This document shows positions 38,838-50,680 of a stretch of 64,000 nt of DNA, in pieces. A program made the position numbers and the translations under genes. Source of the DNA: Narcine bancroftii. Taxonomy: Eukaryota. Each line of letters begins with the position of its first letter. Positions within the stretch are counted from its first letter, which is position 1. The DNA is taken from positions 30,566,001 to 30,630,000 of the forward strand of contig NC_091478.1 in the NCBI RefSeq assembly GCF_036971445.1, given 5' to 3'. Under the pieces are notes generated by a model. That model saw only the letters and a list, made by a program, of their open reading frames with translations. It ran no database searches and had not been told where the DNA came from.

Positions 38838-39542
38838 CTTTTCTTTGGCTTGGCTTCGCGGACGAAGATTTATGGAGGGGTAATGTCCAGGTCAGCTGCA
38901 GGCTCATTTGTGGCTGACAAATCCGATGCGGGACAGGCAGACACGGTTGCAGCGGTTGCAAGGGAAAATTGGTTGGTTGGGGTTGGGTGTTGGGTTTTTC
39001 CTCCTTTGTCTTTTGTCAGTGAGGTGGGCTCTGCGGTCTTCTTCAAAGGAGGTTGCTGCCCGCCGAACTGTGAGGCGCCAAGATGCACAGTTTGAGGCGA
39101 TATCAGCCCACTGGCGGTGGTCAATGTGGCAGGCACCAAGAGATTTCTTTAGGCAGTCCTTGTACCTCTTCTTTGGTGCACCTCTGTCTCGGTGACCGGT
39201 GGAGAACTCGCCATAAAACACGATCTTGGGAAGGCGATGGTCCTCCATTCTGGAGACGTGACCTACCCAGTGCTGTTGGATCTTCAGCAGCATGGATTTG
39301 ATGCTGTCGGTCTCTACCATCTCGAGTACATTTCTTTGGCTTGGCTTCGCGGACGAAGATTTATGGAGGGGGTAAAAGTCCACGTCAGCTACAGGCTCGA
39401 TTGTGGCTGACAAGTCCGATGCGGGACAGGCAGACACGGTTGCAGCGGTTGCAGGGGAAAATTGGTTGGTTGGGGTTGGGTGTTAGGGTTTTCCTACTTT
39501 GTCTTTTGTCAGTGAGGTGGGCTCTGCGGTCTTCTTCAAAGG
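38838..39542 (-). mobile_element. Two tandem RTE 3' fragments within a CR1 tail
   Basis: Two copies of the RTE 3' end (ctttggcttggcttcgcggacgaagatttatggagggg), separated and flanked by acattt. Confidence 0.9.
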
Positions 39543-39972
39543 ACATTTAAGAGGCTAGTAAATATACACATGAATATGAAACAAAGGAAGGGATATCTAT
39601 CAAGTACAAGCAGCAAAGTTTGAATTTAATTTGGACATCATGTTCAGCATAGACTAAACGGCCTGTTCCTGTGCTGTACTTTTCCCACGTGATGTTTTAT
39701 ACTGGTAATTAATCTAACGATGATTAAAAGAGTAAAGATTATGCTTATCTTCAAATACTTGTTCCCTTTCTCATTTCCAGAGGTTGTAAACAATATATAT
39801 AAAACAGGTTCATTTGGACTCTACCTCACACATGCATACTCACTACCCCTGTGGTGACCCACAAACTCTGGGGTTGATTATTATCCATACCAGGTGGACA
39901 ACTGCTGGGACAAATCTTTTGCCATGTATAAAACTTACTGAATTATAATAATACAAAGCTCTGGACTTAGAT

Positions 39973-40347
39973 CAGTGGTTTTCAACCTTTTTCTTTCCAC
40001 TCACACACCACCTTAAGTATTCCCTATGCCATAGGTGCTCTGTGATTTAGTAAGGGATTATTTAAAATGGTATGTGAATGGAAATAAAAAGTTTGAAACC
40101 ACCTGTTTTAATTGTACCTAATTGACTCGTTATGTGCATGGTTTCATAACTCCAAAGGAAATGGACCATTGACAATTTTTTCAAGCAAAATATTTTAGTA
40201 ACATTTGAGTGTAGAGCAGTGATTCTCAACCTTCCCTTCCCACTCACATACCACCTTAAGCAATCCCTTACTAATCACAGAGCACCAATGGCATAGGGAT
40301 TACTTAAGGTGGTATGTGAGTGGAAAGAAAAAGGTTGAAAACCACTG
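39973..40347. mobile_element. hAT-type MITE, dimeric form (copy 2)
   Basis: Same structure and sequence as 56424-56798. Confidence 0.85.
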
Positions 40348-41243
40348 AGAGATAAAACAGATGAGAAAATTGGGCAGGTGAAACCAACGTTTAGGTGTGA
40401 TGGATGCTAAGAAATCAAAGTACTTCCAAGCTAAGTCCACCTGTAAATTGGAGGAGCAACATCTAATATTCCATCTGGGTACTCTCCCATGTGATGATAT
40501 TAACGTCGACTTCTCTGGTGTCTGCTAGACCATGCCCCATTCTCCCTCCCTTCCCTATCCCTCTGTCTCCTTTCCTCCACCCTCTTCCCTCTCCATTCAC
40601 AGAGCCATCCCCCTCCCTGTTCGCTGTTGTGCCCTTCCTACTTATCCACCAATTGCCTGTAGGCCTGTGCTCCTCCCCTTGCCTTCTCCCCTATTAATTT
40701 ATTCAGGCTCTTGACTACATTTGGCTCATATCTTGGTGAATGGCTTAGGCATGAAATGTTGGTTATGTATCTTTATCTTTGCTTTCTATGGTACGCTGTT
40801 TGACCTGCTGGGTTTCTCCAGAATTGTGTGGTTATTTAAAAATAAATAAAAGTAGTTGGCTATGGTCAATATTCTTAATAAAACTGTTCTTTGTTTTACA
40901 ATACTGTGTATATAGCAATACGTCTGGTCCATCATCATCGTGTGGACTGTCAGTTCCTTCAAATTTGCCTTTTATAAATTAAAAAAATGCTGCAAATGAA
41001 AGTTGCTTTGAATTCTATATCAGGCTATTGTAGCAGCCACTAAACTAGACATGATGCTAACGCAGCGCATAACACATTTTTAACAACTGGACTGGTTTGA
41101 GTGGTGCAGAAGCAAGCTTTGCTCCAGTCAACTTTTCACATGGCGAACATGGCACTGGCCATCTGAACAGAGCCTGCATGATCCTCAGTGATGTGTGCAG
41201 CAGGGCCTTCATGTGCATAAACTTGCACTGCTCATAAGCAGCT

Positions 41244-44200
41244 TGAAGCGCTATCAATAAGACTGGCGTTACAGAACAATAGGCTTTTATTTACAATGAA
41301 GATCATCTTGTGCTGTGACCCAGGCTTTCTGGGAAGGGCTTATGATGTTGGAGCCTTTATACAGGGTCAAGAGTGAGGAGCCACGGATACAGTCACAGAA
41401 TGGGGTGGAGCCAGATCAATAAGTGTACAGCAGTTCACCACGTTCACCCCTTGTGATGAGGGGGACAAATTCTTATAGGTTAAGTCTGTCTGGTGGCCTG
41501 GTCTTCCGTTGTGACTGGCAGAGAGCCAGTTGCTGAGCTGTAGCTGGGGCCGTTATAGGGTCCTGGACCCCCAGTGCTGGGTCGATCTGGTGGGGGCATG
41601 GCGACTCAACTGGAGGGACTTGGGTGGGGATGGGATTAGGGAGCAATGGTATGTAGTGTGTGTCCTTGGAAGGGCGGGGGCTGTTTGGTGGGTAAACTCC
41701 TTCACGCGAGGTTCCGGAAGGAGTCAGTTTCCTTGTACCCCTTCCAGGTAGGCCACGTATTGTTAGGTAAAAACATCATGAGCTGGGAATGTAGAGGGAG
41801 TCTCCCAGTGCTGGGCCGTAACAAGATGCAGTTGTGACCTTGTACTCTCAAGATAAGAGTGGGGATGACAAATTGATGTGCAGGAGGCTAGCAGAGAGGG
41901 ACAGCAACAGTTTATTCATTGGACAATGTCATGGTATGATAATTTACTAAGTACGTATCCTAAGGTATATAAAAAACACCATTTTCTGATAACAGCAGAA
42001 TGCGCCTTCTCCAACTAACACTGTTAGTTGCAAGTGTTACAATCCGGCAATAAAGAACAAAGAACCTTGATTTCGACTCAGTCTGGTGTTTGACTCACTC
42101 ATTCATGAACAAAGCAGACCTAACAGTATGCATATTTGAGGTTTGCATGGAAGAGCTTGCATGTTTCTGCAGCCGGCCCGGCCCTGGGGACATCAATCAG
42201 GATGGCAGGGTGGTCCCTAACACTGATTTCCTGGGGAAGGAGAAAATTTGTTCGTGAGGGGTAGCATTGGTGGCAGTACATAATTACCTTCTTCATCTCC
42301 CCCTGGCAATTCCCTCGGAGGTTATAACTAGTGGTCCTACTGAGGGCAATACTTCTGGCCAGCAGGTATTGGCGGATCTTGTCGCTCCTGGTCGCTGTAG
42401 ACATAAGACGGGTACTGAACAGGGTGAACAAGTTGTGCAGTGCCCTGATGACCATGGTGGTAGTAATGACTGGGCCGGGGATGGCAAAAGGGAAACATGG
42501 AGGGAAGGGGGCCCTTGAAGTCCATACTCAGGCGTTTGAAAGACCATGTAGCTTTTACCAGGTGCACCCTATCTGGTTGGTAGATGTGTGGTTTGTACTC
42601 CGCACGAACCAGGCAGTCCCTAGTCAAGTCTGTGAGATCCCCGATGAACTACAACATATTACAAAATTTGATGAAGAGGAAAAATCTCATGACACCGGGA
42701 TGGTAGAAGTTATTGCGGAGGGTATTGAGGCAGTCTATCTGTGCACTGGTACATGTCCTTTGGGACAGGGCAACTGGAGGCTTGATGACCTTCCCCAGCT
42801 GATACTGAATTTTGTAGTTATAGGTGGAGAGTTTGATCCCCCCACCTCAAAATTTTATCATTCTTTATCTTCCCCCGCTGTTTGTTGTTAATCATGAATG
42901 CCACGGCCCATTACTTCATGAGGAGGGTAAAACGTCTGCTGGCCAGGTAATGCCTTCAGTGCCTCACTGCATCAACTATTGCCTGAGCCTCCTTCTCAAT
43001 GGAGGAATGTTGGACTTCGGGCCCTTGGAGAGTATGGGAGAAGGCAGTCACAGGCCAAAATGCTTGATTAAGGGTGGCGGCCAGGGTGAAATCGGATACA
43101 TCACTCTCTACCTGAAATGGGCAGACTCATCCACCGCATACATTGTGGCCTTAGCGATGTCTTCTTTTATGTGACAGAAAGCCGCCCAGACCTCTCTTGT
43201 CAGAAGGAAGGATGTGGACGTGATAAGGGGGTGGGCTTTGTCTGCATAATTAGGGACCCACTGGGCGTAGTAGGAAAAGGACCTCAGGCATCTTTTGAGG
43301 GCCTTGAGGTTGTGGGGGAGGGGGAGTTCTGGTACATTTATCCCTGTTGTAGGTTAGATTGAGGGGTTTGGTGGTTGTGAGGAATTTCTGGAGGTTGGCG
43401 CCTCCAGGCAGATTGGGAGCTGGTGGTAGGTGGATTTTAGGTGGATTGTGGAAAACATACAATATCGGGCAATTTGATTGACCATATCGACAATGCGAGG
43501 GGGGGAATACGCATCCAGCTGTGTACAGCAGTTAATGGTTTGGCTATAATCAATCACCATTCTGTGTTTACCCCAACTCTTGACCATCACTACCTGAGCT
43601 TTCCGTGAGCTGGTACCGGCCTCGATGATCCCCTCATTCAAGAGTCACTGCACTTCTACTTTAATGAACGCCCTGTCCACTTCACTGCATCTCCTGCTTT
43701 TTGTAGTGACTGGTTTACAGTTGGGGGTGAGGTTCGTGAACAGCGGAGGGGGATTGATATGGAGAGACCACGTGTTGGTCAGGCTGGTGGGGGGGTGGGG
43801 TTGTGGTGGGGAGGGAGCAAGGTGGCCCGGTGACAAATTGCGGGTTGCTGACCATGGTGGGGGGAGGGGGGGGGAGAGAGAGGACCATCATATTGCATCA
43901 TAACACTCTTGAGGTGGCACTGAAAGTCAAGCCCCAGTAGCACTGGCGCACAGAGCTGTGGCACGATGAAGAGCTTAAAGACCTTGTAAATCATGCCCCA
44001 CACAGTCAGCATCACGGTGGTGTAGTTGCAAATCTCAGCTGAGTGGGGCTTTGAGGCCAGGGCGACTTTATAGTTTACTGACCTTGCTTTAAGGGAGTAT
44101 TGAGGTGGATAAAACATTCAGTGCTCCCACTATCGAAAAGGCATCTTGTCACCTTGATCATTGATCGAGATGACAATCATAGACCGAGAAAGATGATGCA

Positions 44201-45375
44201 GGCCGTTTTGATCCATTACCACAGGACCACAGTTCATGGACTGGTCCGTGCTGATTTGTAGTCTGGGAGCATAATGTCAGCACTCATGTGGTGGCATAGT
44301 TCTCCCCAGAAGTTGACGGCTTAAAGAAGGTGGTCCCCATGTCACGGCATGGTTGTCTCTGGAAGATGATGGCAGCCCAGATGGCAGCCCCCATGCTGCG
44401 CATGCAGCGGCACTAGGACTGAAAGGCAACTGTGATTGATATATCTTTGTTTAGTGCCACTTCTTTATGCACTTTGAGCACGTTCCATCTTTCATCAGGC
44501 AGTGTTTTCGGGGGTGCTTTGGTTGGCCACAAAAGTAGCACCACGGCTGTGGTGGGTTCGCTCATCGGACGCAGTAGCGGATTGCTGGCCTGTAAACCTG
44601 TGTCCCAAGATGGCAGCCCCCACATGGACTCCGTGCCAATTCGCCAAGTAAGCTTCCATGTTACGAGGTCAGTCGCCCCTTTTAAGTCCAACTTACTCTG
44701 ATGGAGTAGCCTCTGGCACATGTAGTCTGACCTGACGCCTGCAAAATAGGCGTCACGGGTCATATCCTCAGTGTTTTGGGCAGCCGACACTGACTGGAAG
44801 TTGTACGCTCATGCGAGTCTCTGCATGGTCCAGAGGAACGCATCATTCAATTTACCCGGTCGCTGTGTGTGGGTGGCCAGCATGTGCCTGGCATATACTT
44901 TGTTGACATTCTCCCTGTCTGGTCCTTGAGTATGTCCATTGCCTCCCTGTACATTGAGGTGTCCCTGATCATTGGGAGCACACAATGTCCGGCCCGGGAA
45001 AAGAGTAGGTACAGCTTGTTTGCCTCCGTGACCACAATTCTGGAGAATTTTTCAGAAAGACCTCAAAGCAGCATAGCCAGAGTTCAAAGCAATCTGACGC
45101 TTCTGGTAATTGTGGGTCAATCTCCAACTTTTCAGGCTTCAAGAGTTGTTCTATCGTTGGAAAAGGATATTGTAAATAAAATTGATGCGCTATCAATAAC
45201 TTAAAAGATGAGCTACAGAACAACAGGCTTTTATTTACAATAAACTTGAAGGTCATCCTGTGCTGTGACCCAGGTTATGTTGAAGCTTTTAATATAGGGT
45301 CAAGAGGGTGGAGCCATGGGTACAGTAACAGAAAGCGGCAGAGCCAGATAAATGAGTTTACAGCAGTTCACCACA
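41244..45375 (-). mobile_element. Decayed Ty3/Gypsy LTR retrotransposon with both LTRs
   Basis: LTRs at 41244-41442 and 45183-45375, 5-bp TSD cagct, PPT-like aggggtgaa. Domain order gag (EQLLKPEKLEIDP), protease (CLFDSGSTE), RT (RMVIDYSQTIN...LDAY), RNase H (PFQVESDVSD), integrase (RLSMDFKGPLP). Many frameshifts and deletions. Confidence 0.92.
41761..42125 (+). mobile_element. Solo LTR of an unrelated element nested in the Gypsy integrase tail
   Basis: tgttaggt...acctaaca inverted ends, 4-bp TSD gtat, TATA box at about 41966 and AATAAA at about 42049. Confidence 0.88.
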
Positions 45376-46779
45376 CAGCTGGATAAATCCCTGACATCGG
45401 AATTTTTCAAAGTTCCGTCCATTGTGCTCTCTCTGTCCAGGGTGGGTTAAAAGTTATTGGGGCACAGGGCAAAACAGAAAGCTCTGAGAGGGATTTATTG
45501 CATGGGGCTTTGATGACAGAACCAGAAAAAAAATTCAGTTTACCACAAAACATCCCAGGTGCAGCTTAGATTTGATCGTTTAAGCACTTGTAGATTGTAA
45601 AACATGTTACTCAGTATGCAAAAGAGGCAGGCCATGCCCTTGTCACTCTGCTACCAATGGGAAAGAGTTACAGGAGCCTGAAGACGAGCACTCGGCAGCA
45701 CAAGGACAGCTTCTTCCCCTCCACCATCATTTACAATATTCAAAAGAAATTTGGACGGGTGCACAGACAGGAAAGATTTAGAGTGCATGGGCCAAATGTA
45801 AGCAAATAGAATGTGTCAGTAGATATCTTGGTCAGCTGGGACAAGTTAGTCTTAAGGGCCTGCTTCCATGCTGTTACAACACTTTGAATCCATTAATCTA
45901 TTGCAGTCCTCACATTCCTCAGAGGCAAACTCTGCATACATTGCTCCACTATTAAGGAATAAGGAATGTTGCATGAAGGCTAATTGTTTATTTTTTCAAT
46001 ATGTTTGCTGATCTCACCATTCTCCAACAGAGGGGAAACATTTCCAGTCACTTTAGATCAGGAAATTGAGCACATTTCCTTGCTGCCCAACTTCAATAAT
46101 CATGGTCGTCAACATCAGCTACGTCTGGAAAGTTCACATGCATTCCTCTGTCCCTAACAAGAGTAAGATCTGGGAAGGAGGCCATGAAAACATCTGGTCA
46201 ACTCTCCTTATAGCGATTCTTTAAAAGATCTCTTTGAAATTGCAGCTCGTGTTAACAGGAGACGTGTGTCCATTAATACTGTACCTTGATGTTAAATGGA
46301 CATGAATCCATGTCCACTAGCAACATTCATCCTGTACAATCACAAACCTATATCCAGCGATATGGTAACCCAGTGTTATGCAATAACAAGCCTGTATGCA
46401 CTGATATATATGTGTTGCAGTGATAAATTTGTTGCTACCAATGTGGTACTCATGGGATAAATGTGGACCCAGATCTGGACAAGACCCCAATCTGTGCCTG
46501 GTCCAATATGATCCCTGGTCAGTTTCTTGTCCCAGGGATCAGATATATGAATATGAGAAAGAGAAATTACACTAGGACACATTAGTTAAGGTTATAACTG
46601 ATCTGATGTTGACCTCTCCTCCACCACTTTCCTACCTGTTAACCAAAACCCCAAACTTCCCCATGAATCAGCAATCTGTCCACCTTGGTCTTAAATATTT
46701 TTCATATTCACAAGAGCAAACATCTCTCAGCATCTATCCTCACAAGCTCCATTTAATTTTTATTAAATTTAACTCAAAA

Positions 46780-47030
46780 AATGTAGACACAGAGCACAGT
46801 AACAGTCCATTCTGGGCCAAAACCCCATGCTGCCCAAATTTCCCAATTAACCTATAATCCCCATACATTTTGAAGGGTGGGAGGAAACTGGAATGCCCAG
46901 AGGAAACTGGAATGCCCAGAGGAAACTTGCTGACACAGGGAGAACATACAATCTCCTTACAGACAGCACCAGATTTGAAGCCGGGACGCTGCCCTATAAT
47001 AGTGGTGTTCTAACCATTACGTTAACCAAG
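46780..47030 (-). mobile_element. V-SINE
   Basis: Reverse complement of the V-SINE core (gtgggaggaaactggaatgcccagaggaaac), with an internal 20-bp tandem duplication. Confidence 0.7.
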
Positions 47031-47209
47031 ACACCTCAAACTCTAAACTCATACCCTCTCACAACACCTTTCCCCCAGGAATTAACCTGATGAATCTTCT
47101 AAGTTTTACCTTTCAATGAAAGTACTGCATTTATTAAATAAGGAGACCAATTATGTGCACAGTATTCCAGGCACAGGGTGATCAAGTCTCTGTCCAAGAC
47201 ATCCCAAGT

Positions 47210-47390
47210 TTGAAACGGGCAATACGGATTGAAATCCGGCGCTATTTGTAAGGAGTTGGTCATTCTTCCCGTGTCTGTGTGGATTTCCTGGTGCTCCGGT
47301 TTCCTCCCACTTTTCAAAACTTTTGGGGGTTGTAAGAAAATTGGATGTAATTTGGTGGCACAACCTGTGGGTTGAAAGGGGGGTGGTGGT
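47210..47390 (+). mobile_element. V-SINE
   Basis: tgtaaggagttggtcattcttcccgtgtctgtgtggatttcctggtgctccggtttcctcccac core. Confidence 0.7.
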
Positions 47391-47429
47391 GTAGGCAATT
47401 TGACCCCCTGTGCATAAATGGCTACATCT

Positions 47430-48371
47430 TTGAATCAGGCCCTATAGAGGTGTCCTGCTTCCCCACACAGGTTCTAGCACTTGCTCTCTTGGTCTGGTTG
47501 CTTTCCTTCTTGCATTTTTTGCAGATGACAGCACTGACTTAGGCCACTACGTGTCCTGGTCTATTGCAGTTCCTGAACACTATGGGCTGTGCAGTATAGA
47601 CCAGGTACCCACAGTTCCCTCCAATAGCAAACACCAAGGTGGGGGCAGGGGGAGGGTGGATGGCCCCTTTGTCCTCTTTCAGCTTCACCTTCACTTGCTG
47701 TTTGCTGGTCCAGATTCCAAACGTGTCCATGCAGGTCCCTGTCCTCTTGTCATAATGGCCTAGGAAGGTGAGCACATCCACAACTGTCACAAGTGGATTG
47801 AATGTACACCATTATCACTTGTTTCTTCTGTATCAGAAGGGTGAAAAGTGGCTGCACTTTAATAGTGAGAGAGGAGCTATGTTCTCCTTCTCCTGGAAGT
47901 CTTGGAGAAACTTCAGCCAGGGTCTTGAATGTTGGCATCAAAGTAACTGTTATCCATGACATCCTGGAGGCAGTAGATGTCCTTCACCTCAAATTTGAGG
48001 CATTCCATCAGGACCTTGTGTATGAGGAGCTCCTGGGAAAATGGCGATCTCTCATGAAGGTCCTTCACTGCCACCCTGACAGTGTTCCAAATCCTGAGTC
48101 CTGCGGAAGAAGAGTTTACTGTTGCAGCCATCCTTGTGGATCTAGTAGAAGCAGGCTTAAGGCTAGAAAGGGTGTTAGATTGGACCCCAATTAGATTGGT
48201 CCCCTGTGTCAGGCTAGCTCACACCAGACAATCACCTGCTCCAAACCGTCCCCTCGGGTGTATTTCTCTTCCTCCTCCTTGCTGCAGCTATAGCTCCTCA
48301 TTTCTCACAGATCCAGTTGATCAGTTCTGTTAAGAACCACCTTTGATCTTAGCCAAAAGACTCGAGGTGAT
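47430..48371 (-). mobile_element. Tx1-clade (Keno-like) LINE 5' fragment: U2 snRNA head plus degenerate ORF1
   Basis: The minus strand begins ATCACCTCGAGTCTTTTGGCTAAGATCAA (5' end of U2). ORF1 peptides NTVRVAV...DIYCLQD, FGIWTSKQQVKVKL, GYLVYTAQP and zinc-knuckle remnants (CNRPGH, CVGEAGH) are ZCCHC3-like. Confidence 0.75.
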
Positions 48372-49729
48372 TGGTGTTACACTTCAATCAGCTTCTGATT
48401 TTATAAACTTAACAGCTTCAACTTCAAAATATAATTTTATGCTGTGCTGTCATCAATGAACCACTTTTCTCATATTGAGTTTAAAAAACATGTCATAAAG
48501 GACCATTTTGTAAATTGGATGTTTTTCTGGGTTAATGATTTGTTAAGGACTATAATTCTTCTGCAATTCATGTCTAATCAACAAACTAAAAATCTGCATA
48601 TGACCTGTTTAGTTTCTCATTACCACTTGCAATAAATATCCCAATTAAGAGAGATGCCCTGAGCAAAATAAAAGTCTGCTCCTGAGAAGTTCATTTGCTT
48701 TTTTTCTTAAATATGCAGGACATTACTGAAATGCTGCCCTACTGTGCAGAAAATATAGAATTCAAAATAAAGATAAAGATTTTTTTACTCAGTGTATCAA
48801 GATTCCATTATTTGATATTCTTGTAAAATGGACAACAGCAAATGCATTTTCCTAACTATTGTAAAATATAATAAATTCTTCTGCACCAAGTTACAGTTTC
48901 ATAATAAATCATAGATTACATTCATAAGAATGAGAGTCTCTCTGAAATGTCATTATTACAGCATGTAATTTTAATGCCAAGTAATAGCAGAAGCATTATC
49001 CATTAAATCAATGTCCTGAGGCATTAAACCCAATGTACAAGCTTTACAAGTGAAGCTACAGATTATGTAATAAAACTCTTGATAATATTTCTAAACACGA
49101 ATAAATCAGATTCAGTTAGATAGCATAAATCACCTCTTCTTAGGGTTCTGAGCTTTCAGAGGTGATGCCTTATGGACGCTTTTGACATATGGCATCAAAG
49201 AAAGTTATACATAAGAGCAGACTGAAGAAACATTTTTGCAGTTCATTGTGTATTTACAATGCATACACAGTATGTTTGTGGAAATAATAGCTGCATATCT
49301 AGCATTAAATTTTAATCATATCCTTTGTGAACATAATTGCGACCTACTTTAATAATGTTTAATCAGACATGATGAGGATGTATATTTTAGATCCATCATA
49401 AATTAAGGAGGTGGCATCTTGAGTATAACTTTCTTGCAAGGTACAATATCTTGGTAAAAGAACTGAAGCACGGTTGTGCTCCAACTCTGGCCTCTAAGAT
49501 GGGAGTATCTAAGTTGGTGCCTGTAACACTGTAGAAATGGGAATAATTCCTTGCTCAGGGTAGGGCAAACTTTCCTTTCCTTCAGGTCCTCCAGGGACAG
49601 ATAGGAAAGGGGAGCTTGGAATGGTAAAGCCCAAAAAAGGTTTCAACACAGAATCTGGGCTCACAAAAGGAGAAGGTTTATGATAAAACCACATTAAGCG
49701 TGTATTAAAGTGAAGGTTTGGGGATTGCA

Positions 49730-50680
49730 GATCTGGAATATTCTCACAGTTGAACATGGTGACCCTGGCAGCCATTTCAGGTTGAGGAGGGTATCAGAGG
49801 TACCACCTTGTCTATAGTGGAGATGAGGATCTCATGGATTTAAGTTCTAAAAACAGGTTGACTATTCTGACAAACCAAATTCCTGGAACAAAGGAACGCA
49901 AGAAGCTGTAGTAGTCAGATGACTCCATTCATGATACTCTTGATAAGTTTACAACCATCGCCTTCATGAGGATAGCCAAAAATTCTCCTTCAAGTAAAGC
50001 AACATATAGAACAAAGAACATTACAGGATAGAATAGGTCCTTTAGCCCTTGATGTTGTGCTGACCTACATATTCGTACCAACAAAAATATCTAATCCCTC
50101 CTACCTCATAACCCTCTATTTTTCTTTCATCCTTTGACCTCTCTGAGAGTCTCTAAAATGCCCAAAATGTTTTAGCCTCCACCACCACCAAGGCATTCCA
50201 AAACCCACAACTCTCTGTGTGTAATGTAATGTCAAATTGAGAGAAGACCTGGAGGATTCGGCCGAAAATAAATGAGCATATTGGTAAGGGTATTTATGCA
50301 TGTGTGATACTCCAGATGTCCAAAGAGCTGTAGGGTTTGTCTAAGAAGTAGCATTGTGAAGGATGCAGTAATGCGATGTGTAGAAATATTAGCATTTTCT
50401 GGGTGATTGGCTTTGTTTGGTATTGGCAGTGCAATAACTGGAAGTGTGTTTGGCACAAGATGTTAACTTCTTTGAGGATTCCATTCAGATACTGGTCTTG
50501 TCCAAGATATTCTGCATTACCCAAAGCTGTAGCCATCCTTCTCTGAGTGTGAAAAATTCCTCTTCCTCCTCCTCTGGGCATCTTCCTACAAGATCTTCAG
50601 AACAAACATATGCAAATACTGAAGAGATCTTTATCTTTTACTAAGCTATGTGAAATGTTCTGTCAACCAGTGCACTTCAC
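49730..50680 (+). mobile_element. Possible ancient DIRS-type (tyrosine recombinase) retroelement relic, split by a CR1 tail at ~50005-50225
   Basis: Frameshifted peptides resembling DIRS RNase H (NMVTLAAI..GG..IRGTTLS...QIPG) and recombinase (RCVEILAFS, FFEDSIQI, ALPKAVA, KRSLSF). Confidence 0.35.

Noticed and set aside
46200-46242. Minus-strand peptide QFQRDLLKNRYKES*, resembling the start of the TdT penultimate exon (QFERDLRRY)
   Set aside because: There is no AG acceptor or pyrimidine tract directly before it, it hits an in-frame stop, and it lacks DNHALYD and a donor site. Chance match.
48343-48371. U2 snRNA gene
   Set aside because: Only the first ~30 nt are present; it is the head of a Tx1-like element.
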